Part shown: one piece after another, positions 1-11,426 of the stretch
How the letters are laid out: each line of letters starts with the position of its first letter
Numbering within the stretch: the first letter of the stretch is position 1
From: Geosiphon pyriformis uo1
Lineage: Eukaryota > Fungi > Glomeromycota
Direction of reading: 5' to 3'
NCBI GenBank assembly: GCA_016748015.1
Contig: JAAOMT010000727.1
Location: forward strand, 365,306-429,305
DNA: 64,000 nt
Notes under the pieces: generated by a model
Databases searched by the model: none
What the model saw: only the letters and a program-made list of their open reading frames with translations
Told to the model about the DNA's origin: nothing
Position numbers and translations under genes: made by a program

Positions 1-1452
1 GTTTTTTGAAAGTGAACCATCTGAAATCCAATCACTAGTTGTAGAACAAAGAGAATTTTCCCCTGAAAAAAGAAAAATGAACATTGAAAATCTGTTGGCT
101 AGGAATAGTCCAGTTATCTCAAAAGAAGATAATACCCCTGGACAAACCCATATGATACAACACACTATCATTACAAAAAAAAGTTGTTCCATTTATTTGA
201 AGCCCTATCAATCTAATTGACACAATAATAAGTTTATTAAAAAAAAATAAACCATATGAAAGATCTTGTGTTTATACAAGAAACCAAGAGTAAATGGGCT
301 TTTCCAATTGTAATGGTATTCAAGAAAGGTGGAACCTTATGTTTCTGTGTTGACTATTGCCAACTAAATGCCATTACTATAAGAAACATATATCTACTCT
401 CCAAAATTAATGCAATGCTAGATAAATTCAATGGTGCTGCTTTCTTCTCAACCATTGACTTAACTGCTGAATTCTGGCAAGTAGAGATGGATCCAGAAAG
501 CAGAAAGAAAACTGCTTTTATTACCAAGTATGGCACTTATGAATTTATAGTCATGCCTTTTGGTCTCACCAATGCCCTTCCCACCTTCCAATGTCTAATG
601 GACAAAGTATTTGAATCAGTAAAAAAAAACTTTGTTCTAGTTTACTTAGACAACATAATGGTCTACTCAAAAACCTGGGATAAACACCTTAAACATTTGC
701 AGAAGGTTTTTGATCTGCTCAGAAATATTGGTTTCAAGATCAACTCAATCAAATCTTTTTTTGAATGCCAATCCACCCAGTTTCTTGGTTATCTTATTAC
801 AAAAGATGAAATCTTCTCTGACTTAGCTAAAGTTAAAAAAGTCCAGAACATTAGACAACCAATGAATGTTTTTAAACTATGCTCTTTCTTTGGTTTGGCC
901 TTTTACTATCACAAATTTATCAAAGATTTTTCCAAAATTGCTTTTCCTCTTAATTAGCTACTCAGAAAAAATGTCAATTATCACTGGGGCACTCATCAAC
1001 AAAAAGCTTTTGAAATTTTGAAGGAAAAACTTGTTACTGAACCAATTCTCAAGCAACTTGATCTGAACCAACTTTTTATCCTCCATATTGATGCATCTGG
1101 CTATAAACTTGGTGCTGTTCTTTCACAGAAAGATGAAAATAGCAGAGAACATGCCATAACATATGTTAATAGATCCCTTACACCAGCAGAAAAAAACTAT
1201 TCAGTTACTGAACAGGAATGCTTAGCAGTAGTTTGGACTTTTAGTTACTGAGAACAATATCTTCTTGGTGCAAAATTCTTAATGATAACAAATTATCAAG
1301 TTTTGGTTTGGCTGTGCAATAAAAAGAAGCTGGAACACAAATGAATAACTTGTTAGATATTTCACTTGGATGAATTTGACTATGATATTCAATACCACAA
1401 AGGAGCAAATCATTAAAACACAGACACTCTCTTTAGACTTACTATTCAGTAA
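1..1452 (+). pseudogene. Gypsy A1 reverse transcriptase-RNase H
   Basis: FCVDY, MPFGLTNA, YLDN (degenerate YxDD), IDASGYKLGAVLSQ and EKNYSVTEQECLAV. Same frame throughout with several in-frame stops; ends TAA 1450-1452. Confidence 0.93.
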
Positions 1453-1516
1453 CAGTACAATCTTTCAAACCAAACCAACTTAATTATTAGTAATTCCTTC
1501 ATAAACAAACACGATA

Positions 1517-2799
1517 ATGGACTTGGACAACTACTTTGCCTTAATAGAATTTTTGGGTAAAAGACAATACCCATCAGAATACACTCAACAGCAAAGAAAA
1601 CATTTGTGCAAACAATCAAATTTTTATTTGATTCATCAGAACCAATTATACAAAAAAAACAGAAAAGATTCTAACCACTTTCAAAGAGTTATTAGATTTG
1701 AAAAAAAAGAAATTGTAATATACAATATACACATTGACCCATTAGCTAGACACTTTAGAAAAACAAAAACAATTCAGAAAACTTTAGCTTGCTATTATTA
1801 ACCTACTTTGGGAAAAGACATTGCTAAATACATCAAAACCTGTAACATCTGCCAAAGAAGAGGCAAACCCAATTGCAAAGAAGATATCTATCCAATCTCT
1901 GTTGGTCAACTATTTGACAAAATTGGTATGTTAGACCTTTAACAATAACTCTTGATGGCAACAGATATATTATTACAGCTACTGACTATCTTATAAAGTG
2001 GGTAGAAGCAAGAACCACTCCTGACCAAACAACAGTCTCAATAGCCAATTTCATTTATGAAGATATCATTTGCTGTCATGACTGTTCCAAAGAACTTTTA
2101 TCTGATAAAGGAAAAGCTTTTCTTAGTACACTAGATAAAGAACTTTGTAAAAAAATGGAAATATGTTATAAATTTTCTTTTTCTTATCACTCTCAAACAA
2201 ATGGCTTAGTAAAACATTTCAATAGAACACTATATGAAACCCTAGCCAAAACCAGTAAAGAAACAAACTTATGAGACAAAGTATTGCTTTTAACTTTGTT
2301 TGCTTATAGAACTGTAAATCATGACATAACAAGTTATAAATCTTTTTATTTGCTCTATGGATGTATGGCAACATTACTAATAGAAACTGACATTAAAACA
2401 ATACACTTTGAAGAAATCACAATAGGAAATTACAAAGACATTTTGTAAAGAAAGCTTGGTACTATTCTTGACTCCTTGATAGAAGCACAAATAATTACTT
2501 TTAAAAAGATAAAACAGTTTCAAAAAAAGCTTAAGAAAAAGAAAACTTATAAAACACTTTCTTTAAGTGTTGGTAACTTGGTACTAAAATACCATTCAAA
2601 CAGAAACATTGTCTATGGTGATAAATTTTCTAGCCGATGGAAAGGACCTTTTATAGTTAACAAAGTTTTGAACAATAGTTCTTATATTCTTTAAGATCAA
2701 TCTGGAACAATCTTTAATAATTGTTCTGTTCATAATATATGACTCAAGAAATATTATAAACAACCTGATTGATTGCCTGTTGTGATAATACTGACTTAA
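1517..2799 (+). pseudogene. Gypsy A1 DDE integrase in a separate ORF
   Basis: Starts MDLDNY. Has H...H/CNICQ zinc-binding motif, LLSD.G, YHSQTNGLV and WKGPF, and ends LPVVII. Stops and a frameshift; no chromodomain seen. Confidence 0.9.
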
Positions 2800-2819
2800 T
2801 TAATCAGCAAAAATCAAGT

Positions 2820-3521
2820 ATAAATAAATGCACCATTCCCAAAACAGAGGTATTTTCAATTAACATAAATAATTATTTTTTGGATCAAAACATTCAAAAT
2901 GCTTTCTATACTTTCCATAAGTATTAGATTAAAAACTATCCAAATGCTACCCTAACCATTAGAAAACAAACCACTATAACTGATAACAGTAGAACACATA
3001 CTGTTATTAGACCAAAAAAAACCACTATCAGAAGAGAAAGAATTGGTAACAAAATAGATAAATACCTGTTAGAAAGTATAACAGCAACTATACTTCTATC
3101 TTCCAGCACAATTGGAAAAACACTTCAAGAAATCTTATCCATAGACAAAAACTTGTCATATAGAAAGCAATTAGAACTCTATAGTTACCTTAAAAAAATT
3201 ATAAAAAATATAAAACTCATAAAGAAAACAACTTCAGAGATACAGACAGAAATTTTGGACATTATACAGTTAGATGTCCTAAGAGTTTTAATTATTGCTA
3301 AAAGAGCCAAAACTCTAATACAAAGATTTGGCCTCTTGAATACAAAACTCATTTTATCTCAAGTATCATATACCCTATCTACAAAAGACTTCAACAAACT
3401 AGTTAGCTTTGAGTTAGATAAAACTTTTCAAATAGATTATATTATAAATAGCTTAATTTCACCAAAGCTCAATCTCTTTGAAGAGGATAATGTTACAGTT
3501 GAAACTTATACTTCTTATTAA
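2820..3521 (+). pseudogene. Gypsy A1 additional 3' ORF (about 230 aa, unknown function)
   Basis: The frame of ORF 3153-3521 extends upstream with one stop (FLDQNIQNAFYTFHKY*IKNYPNATLTI...). Same position as ORFs in elements B and C. Start codon uncertain. Confidence 0.7.
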
Positions 3522-4240
3522 TTATTACATGTATTAACCACTAATGTCACATAAATTAGCCACTCTATTTTTAGAAAGTAATTATTGACCTAATCAATGA
3601 CTTAACCATTGACCTGATCATTGACCTGATCATTAACCTGATCAATAACTTGATCATTGACCTAATTAATGACCTGATTATTGACCTGATCATTGACCTG
3701 ATCATTAACTATTTTTGACAGCTATATAAGTGATGAATCTCTTAACTGTAGAAAAGTATGTAGAAATCAAGGAAATCAAATAAATAAAATAACAACTTTC
3801 ATCTTAATTATTTTTTTATCACTAATTTCCCTTTCCCTACCTTCAAGTATCTGAACATTTTGGGATAAAAGATTACTTTTTGGTTATTTTTTACCCTTTT
3901 CCTGACTTGTATAATTGTAACATTTGAAGATTATTGAATAAAGCATGACTGAAAAATACATCTAATACCTGATATTGAATTCTAAGAGTGTCAACATGAG
4001 ACATAGAATTATATTAGGCATGATCATTTGTTAACAGTATGAACTATTCCTCTACCTTCAGATTTCTTGGTTATCTTTGAAAAGTATAGTGACTAAAATA
4101 TTTTATGAGACTAATCTCGTACATTAAATCCATACTTATTCAATTCGCTCTTTGAAGTTAAATTTTCTTTGATTTCTTTTATCACTCTATAATTCTGTTC
4201 TCCCTTGCTATCCGTTAGCTTGTTATTCCAACCCATAACA
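3491..4240 (+). repeat. 3' LTR of Gypsy A1 (750 bp)
   Basis: TGTTACAG...CCATAACA, preceded by purine tract GAAGAGGATAA, with TATATAA near 3723. Both ends match the LTRs of the copy at 51088-58044. Confidence 0.88.
3584..3710 (+). repeat. 12-bp tandem array (ATTGACCTGATC-like, about 10 units) in U3 of the A1 LTR
   Basis: Directly visible degenerate tandem repeats just upstream of the TATA-like box. Confidence 0.85.
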
Positions 4241-4244
4241 CTAT

Positions 4245-5875
4245 ATTCATTTTTTGATTTTATGAAAAAAAAATTATCAATAGCTAACATCTAAGACTAA
4301 GCTGGAAAATTAATAATCTGAATGTATTCAATTTCTTAACCAGTTTATTAACTTGTTTTATAAAGCTAGTAAAATTGTACTCAAAAATAACAAATCTATT
4401 ATTTATTTCTATAGACACTAGTAAAAAAATTTAATATACAAATAAAAGCCAATAACTACAAAAATTGAAGACATTATATAAAAAAAAGCATTACTAATAA
4501 TTTGTGTCTATGTTTTACTATAAAAAAAACTGGTCAAATAATTAAAGTCTGTTTTTTCTTATATATATTGATTAATTATACACAATTTTAAAAGGTAATT
4601 AGCTTTTTATTGTAATTATCAGAATTTCTATCATAAAACACCAACAAATTAAAATGATTATAAGCATTAGTCTTAATTAACAAGATATATAATAAGACTT
4701 AATAACAATTTTTTAATACTTATTTTTGTTTATTATTAATGAACTTAATTATATAAACAGAATTTTTTCTTATAAAAACAAACTATTTAGTCATAATTAA
4801 ATTAATAATATTAACAGATTTAAATTTAACTAGAATTTTTTTTTAAAGATCAATAAGCTATATATTAATAGATATTATCTTATTAAATTTAGAAAAAACT
4901 AATTTTATGGTCAATTTAAAAAAATTAATTGAAATCTTTTTAATAATTACTTTCCAATTTGTACAACTGTTTATCTTTTTAATATTATTATTAACCAAAA
5001 TTTTTTACTAATTGTCATATTTTTAGTTTTTTTAAATTTAACTTTAATATAAAAGATAATCTAATAATTCTTAAGAATTTTAAAAAAGTAGATATTTTTC
5101 TAAAACCACTAACATAATAAAAATTTTTTTTCACAACTAACAATTTATCACCCAAAGTTTTTTCAGATACAAGAAAAAGCTTAATACCCAATACAAAAAA
5201 TTTTATTATATCAAAATTCTATTTTTTTAAAACATGTAATTTAACCAATAGCAATTACTTAAAGCCAACAAATTTAGAAGCTAAAAACATTAAAATATTG
5301 TTATTATTACTAAAATTATTAAATAAAAAAGCCTTTGGTAAGTAATTTAACATATATGTTTGAGTACAAGTTTTTTTAGATATAATATTATTTATATTTT
5401 TATTAATTATTAAAGCATTTGAATCTGCATAACTGGTTTTCTTAACAAATATATTTTTTATATTTTTTATATTCAACAAACTGCTAATATTACTTGTTTT
5501 GTTACCAACTTCATTTTTCTAAAATTTTACAGATTTTAAATTAGAGCCACCAATATTTTTAAGACTTAAAGTACTAACAGACAAATTAACTATATTATTA
5601 CTAACTTTAAGTCTCTTTGGCTTCTTATAAAATATACTGTAAAAATATATATTTTTTACATATTTTTTTTTGGTGCTTGAATAAGTTTTTAAACCAGTTA
5701 AACCAAAATTAAAACTATTAGCAAAAAAGCTTATTAGATTAATTACAATAAAAATTAGTGTATTAAAAAAAATAATTAAAAAAAAAAGAGAAAAAAAAAA
5801 TAAAAAAAACTATTCTTTTAACAACTTTATGCTTTTATTGTAATCAGAAAATCAACAAAAAAAAAGTTTTTTTTA
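4245..5875 (-). mobile_element. Heavily AT-decayed LINE relic (5' UTR and ORF1) of the family at 20596-27515
   Basis: ORF 5255-5479 (KKTSYADS...KKTCTQTYML...SKFVG) aligns with LINE ORF1 (KETSYAES...RKTRTCTYVL...SKFCG). 5830-5875 matches the LINE 5' end at 27455-27498, and 4490-4570 matches 25900-25985. Confidence 0.85.
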
Positions 5876-7480
5876 TAAAATTTTTTTAATATGTTAATTA
5901 ATTTATATAGTTTATTTTATATATATTTTAAAAAATAGCAGTTTTATTAATTAATTTTGGTTTAAAAAGAATATTGTTTAATTTTTAAATTTTTTTTATT
6001 GCAATAAGCATTTTCAATAATTTAAATATATATTATAATCTTAATTGGCTTAAATAATTAATTATGTATAAAAAAATATATTTTTATTATATATTATAAT
6101 AAATAATATTTATTAATATAAATAATAAATAATTGTTTAAATAATTATTTTAAAAAAGTATTAATTACAAATAATAGCATTATATTTTAGTTAAATATTA
6201 ATTTTTTAATTGTTTTATTATTTTAGTAAAAATATACAATTTTATTAAGACTAATATAAAAATCAAAAATAGCTGTATTTATATTTAATTAAATATAAGT
6301 TTTTAAGTTATTATTATTATTATTAAAAGTTTAATTTTCTAATATATTAAAAATAATTGTTAATTAAGAATTCTGGTTTTTAATATAATTTAATAATTAA
6401 TTAATTCTAATAAAAAAACAAATTCTTAAAATTATTATAATTAATTCAAATTTAAAATAAATTATTATATAAAAATAATTAGTATTTTTTTATTATAATT
6501 TTAAAATTAAATATACAATAATGCATGAAAAAATTTATACATAATATTCTTATTAAACAAAGCTTATTTTTAAAAATTAATACTTTAAAAAAATAATAAT
6601 ATTATCTAGTTATATTATTATTTTATTAGTTAGATTAATTATTAATTTAAGTTATATTATTATTGTTATTAATTACATCATTAATTTTCTAGTTAGTTTT
6701 TCATTTAATTAATTATTTTTCTAGTTGTATTATTATTATTAATTAATTATTCAATAGTAATTACTTTTTTATATTATTATTTATTCTTAATGATTTTTTT
6801 TTTAGAATATTTGAATTTAAAGATTTTTATATTTACTTCTAATTCAAGTAACAAATTTTTTTATTTTATTTTACTAGTAAGAATTATAATTAAATAAAAA
6901 TATATATTTACTTGGTAATTTGTAAGCATTTATTATTATTTTATTTAATGTTATAATTATATATAATATTTTTTGCATAACATTTAATTTTAACATTGTG
7001 TCTTTTGAGATTTTACCATTTTAGAATTTTGAAATCTAGGAATTTCATTTAACAAGGGTTTATAATTTATTATATTGGTAAAATATAATTACCATAATTA
7101 ATAACTAATCTTATTATTTTATGTATAAAGTTTTATAAGGAATTATTAATTGAATAAAAGTTGATTGTTACATATTTGAATGATTAAATTAATATTATTA
7201 TCTAGTATTAACGAAAATTATCTTGCTTTTATTATTGTTTTTTTACCCTATATTAATGTAGTCTCTTCCCTATTTACGTACTTATGTCTAAGTATAGCCA
7301 CCAAACTACATCTAACACTACTTCATCGCCATTTAACTCTACTATACCATAGAAATGTTCTCAGCACTTTCTCATACCCAAATTACGGATCAAACAAGAT
7401 TTCGCCGTCGGCAGCCAGATTTTTCCCTATGCTCCACAACCACAGTTGTCACCAACTCCCTGATTAACATAGGTGCCTCT

Positions 7481-7806
7481 TCATAGGCGTTTAGCTTCCT
7501 CGCACCAATCCTTTAGCCAAAAGAACATATTCAAAACGTCATAACTCAGATCTATTTCAAATTGATTCGCCTTCATAGATGTAACGTCGCTCAGAACTTT
7601 GGAGCCCTGAGACTCAGCACCCAACCTTCGTCAACGGTTCCAAACAGCGTTAAGTATCTTGATCCTTGTATTCCTATCCCACACATTGATAAACGTGGTC
7701 AGAATGATCTACCTATCGTACATCCTTTTCCTTTCGGCCAAAGGAGAATTGCTTTCATAACATACGTACGGTAATTTGAAGTGGCTCTACTTTTCGGACC
7801 CGCCAT
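7481..7806 (-). CDS. Possible small 3-exon gene (51 aa, MAGPKSRATSNYRIQGSRYLTLFGTVDEDLSYDVLNMFFWLKDWCEEAKRL)
   Basis: CpG-retaining, GC-richer island. GT-AG introns 7769-7674 and 7625-7552 join into an open frame. No recognisable homology. Confidence 0.22.
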
Positions 7807-8413
7807 AAGACCAAAAGGCCTCAACCTCTATGCGAAACTAAAATCAAGAAAGAAATCGGATAGATTAATATTTTAACTTGACTTTTCAACATTTCAAATT
7901 ATGCCCTCATTATCATTAATAGAATGCTTATAAGCGACTGACTTAGCAATAAAACAATCAGCCACTTTGTTCAAAAGTTCCTTTCGTACTCCCAGGGGGT
8001 TTAACCGTTTAACATTAATCATATACTTAGGCACTAGAGCGTTAAGATGTCCTTTTACCCATAAATTCCGAAAGAATGAAGTAACCCTTTATACAACGTT
8101 TCTTTCGGGGGTTCACGTGTAGTCAAATACCCAGGGACCAGAGTGCCAGGATATCATTTTACCCACAAGCTTTGGTATTCACAGCTAATGCTCTTATGAA
8201 TAATCATTGGGCAACAAGTTAAAAAAGATTACTTGCTTATTTTTGGTAAAGATCAATCATGCATGGTGATCATGACATCAATCTGACAGATTGCAAATCC
8301 CTTTAACCCTATTAAATAGGAATTATACGCAGACAAAAGTAGCAAATGAAAGGATTTAAAGACTATAAATAAAATAATTTTTTTTTCATTTCACGCCAAT
8401 TCTTTTTATTTCA

Positions 8414-9967
8414 ATGCCTCGGATTTCACAGGGTCTGCCTCAGAAACCGATGCGCGCAGTCTACAATCAACTACAGCGCAAAGAAGCTTTGGAATGCCCA
8501 CGAAGTTCTGAAGTTCATATCAATAGTTCCCTCAATTGCACGTGGAATGGCGTTGAGCAAAATTCTGTGGTAAGTTTAGAGCCGCGAAAAATCTACATTA
8601 ATAAAGATAAAACTAAATTTTATAATCTTCAAAAGCTTGATCCGGAAATGGGAGCTTTTTCTAATGCTTCAAGTAAAAAATCGATGAACCCTGAAAAATA
8701 TTTGGTATTATTGATTTTTTACTTATTTTAAAAAAATCTTATCAGGTATACTTTTATACTACTGGATACAGCTGTACCAATTATTACAGCTTTGTTATTT
8801 GGTTAATCGGGCAATGCACACTTTTGGGTTGGTGTAAGAAGGATGGGGCAACTCATATATTCAGCCTGGACAACACATCTTTTTGGTTTAATCAAGGCGC
8901 CACATAGTTATATAAGAATGGTTAAGGGAAAATTTGGGGAAGGAAGCAACCGATGAGACATGGAAATATTATAAACACAAGGTAAAGGGTTTTTTTTGCT
9001 AGTAAAAATGATTTATAAATCATATTTAAATATTTATAATATTAATTTTTTATTTTAGTGCAGTAATGAAATCAATGTAATTTGGAAAAATATGTCTCTT
9101 TGGAACAAAAAACACATTTTTTTCAATGCATTTTTCTCATTTGCTCAAGCCCTCATTCCCAAAGAAAGCTTTTTTGAAGAGCGTGAATATTCAATTTTGC
9201 CGAAAAAATCAAAGTAAAAAATTAAATTATTTTCAATTAAATAGCTTTTCAATCAATAACTTTTTAAATAATATCCTAGGAATATAAATCTGCTTATTCA
9301 ATTGATGAATCACTCTTAGGCCAATGCATTGATGCCATAATTATGGCAAAATTGCATAAACTTCCGCCTAATGAGTCCTTAAAGTCCGATCACGTGATAA
9401 CTGATTCAGTTCTACCATGTATATACAAGAGAAATGAAGAAGCTTTTGAACATTGGAAGAAATAAGTCCAGGCTTTAAACGAAAGTTTGGAAGTGTTATA
9501 CATTGAATATGCTAAGCTTAATGCAACAATGAAAAAGGCACAAATGGACCAAGAAAAATTGCACCAATTGGTGAAATTGAATTTGGATGAAGTTTCGCAA
9601 CAATTTAGCAAAAAGTATCATTTAAAAATAACTCAAGATGTTGCCAAAGATATATATTTGAAATATCTTTATTAACAATCCAAGCAACATGTAAGTTTTA
9701 ATAAAGTCTTACATGCAATTTACAAATATTCAATTAACAAGCTTTTTTTGTCATAGCAACCATGTTAAACTTCATTATAAGCGATCAAAAAGCCCATCCT
9801 CTAATACGCAGCACCCTCTTAACCGTAAAAAAGGTATTATATGAAAAGACAACAATTCAGAAAATATTACCTTGAAAGAAAAAAGAGGAAGAAAACTCTG
9901 TTCAGCATTATGGCAAACACCGACCATTATCAAAGAAATCAATGAAAAATGGAAAAACTTACTTTTA
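8414..9967 (+). pseudogene. Degraded multi-exon gene of unknown function
   Basis: Protein-like segments (8414-8569, about 8746-8981, 9059-9210, 9280-9690) separated by AT-rich GT...AG intron-like blocks, but with in-frame stops and frameshifts. Confidence 0.35.
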
Positions 9968-10259
9968 AAATTAGACCGCTCGGAGCCGTTAAAGGCTTGA
10001 AATCGTTACAACCTAACACGATCCATAGCAGATTTTTAAAGATTCGAGCCCGGCATGTTTGATCCAATTAGCTATGATTAATACTAAAGCTAGCTTTATT
10101 AAAAAATTTAGTTGGAATTGGAAATAGAAAGTTCAGTCAAAAATTTTCCCAGCATTTAATAAACTATAAATAATAAATCTTTCAAAATCTCAATTTAAAT
10201 CTGTATATTGAAACCCTAATAAGGTCGTTTCCCCAAAAGCTAAAAGCATAACAAATCTT

Positions 10260-11426
10260 TCAACGTAAATCCTCAGCTTCCAGCCCCTTTCTAACCTTTA
10301 ATAGCACCTCAATTTGCCATGGAGGTAATGGAGTAAATTGATCATAATCTCGGCAAGACGTAACAAACGCAGATAAGTCATAGGTGTTTTTCGCCTCGAC
10401 AAGTTTCCTGATCAAAGTCGATTCCCGGCTATCAGCAAATGATGGATATAATTGATTTAACTCTTCAAATCTTCTCTCTAGCCTAACCCAATCATCTAAG
10501 GCAATGAGACAAATACATTGCAGGAATACATAATCTTTTATTTTGAAACTCTGTACTCTATCATCGGCTGCAGTTTCAGCGATGGTATCTAAGAGCCGAA
10601 TAGCTTTCTCATAATGGCCAATTTCGGCTGTCAATTCTGCTTGTGAAATCAACGAATAAAGATGACGACCATCCCCCTCTTCCTCAAACAAGTCAGCGGC
10701 TTTTTGATGCATCGCTAAGGCTTTTTCTAAATCTCTATGTTCACTATTCGTCTTTTTATAAAGTACCGCGAGTTGTTCATAGACACGAGCAGCACGAGTG
10801 GCTTGTTGATTACGCAATTCGTAAATAGTTGCGGCAATCTCTAACGCCTCTAATGCCTTTCCCGTTTTTTTTGTCTGCTGAAAAGCTTTATAGGCATCTT
10901 CATAACAAGCGGCTGCATCCAATTGATTATTATCACCGCCTGCATTCTGAAACCGTTTAGCAGCCAATAAAAAATGCTTCGCAGCGGTGTCATAATCTCG
11001 CTTTACTTTGGCTTTAATCGCCGTTTCCCTATCCACATTAGCCCTATCTTCTAGAACTTGTAATTCTGTAGCTTCCTCCAACTTCAGTTGTTGACTCTTG
11101 CTGCCTTGACCACCAATGAACCAATTTCCAAAAGGCTTTTTTTTACCATCCTCAACGATCACAACTTGACTTAATAGAAACCAAAAACTAAATAAACCGA
11201 GATAAGCTGCAGTGCCGTTTTGAAGCGTAACAATACTAAAACAGAAATAATCATTATGTTTAAACACTGGTACTCGAGGTTTGCTGCTCAGAAGGTTTGT
11301 CAAGAATCCAGAAACTCCATCTTTAGGCTTTGTGTCTGATGTAAAATACGCATGAAATGAGCTGGCGTCTGGATTGGTTTTATACGCAATAAAGAGAACT
11401 ATAAAGAAAAATATCCAGCCGAGCAT
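10260..11426 (-). CDS. Alpha-SNAP/Sec17-like protein with N-terminal membrane (DUF4359-like) module, 388 aa, intronless
   Basis: Helical-repeat SNAP pattern (DAAACYEDA, AARVYEQLA, YEKAI, KDY, YPSFADSRE, YDQFTPLPPW) and C-terminus LEAEDLR, like the EEDLR end of alpha-SNAP. First ATG at 11426 gives hydrophobic MLGWIFFFIVLFIAY followed by TNP..SF..Y. Confidence 0.88.
   Translation of the reverse strand: MLGWIFFFIVLFIAYKTNPDASSFHAYFTSDTKPKDGVSGFLTNLLSSKPRVPVFKHNDYFCFSIVTLQNGTAAYLGLFSFWFLLSQVVIVEDGKKKPFGNWFIGGQGSKSQQLKLEEATELQVLEDRANVDRETAIKAKVKRDYDTAAKHFLLAAKRFQNAGGDNNQLDAAACYEDAYKAFQQTKKTGKALEALEIAATIYELRNQQATRAARVYEQLAVLYKKTNSEHRDLEKALAMHQKAADLFEEEGDGRHLYSLISQAELTAEIGHYEKAIRLLDTIAETAADDRVQSFKIKDYVFLQCICLIALDDWVRLERRFEELNQLYPSFADSRESTLIRKLVEAKNTYDLSAFVTSCRDYDQFTPLPPWQIEVLLKVRKGLEAEDLR

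Larger units (their letters stand above)
1..4240 (+). mobile_element. Ty3/Gypsy LTR retrotransposon family A, copy 1 (5' part lies outside the window; decayed)
   Basis: RT, RNase H and integrase motifs in Gypsy order, an extra 3' ORF, a purine tract, and a TGTTAC...ATAACA LTR. A second copy lies at 51088-58044 on the minus strand. Confidence 0.95.
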
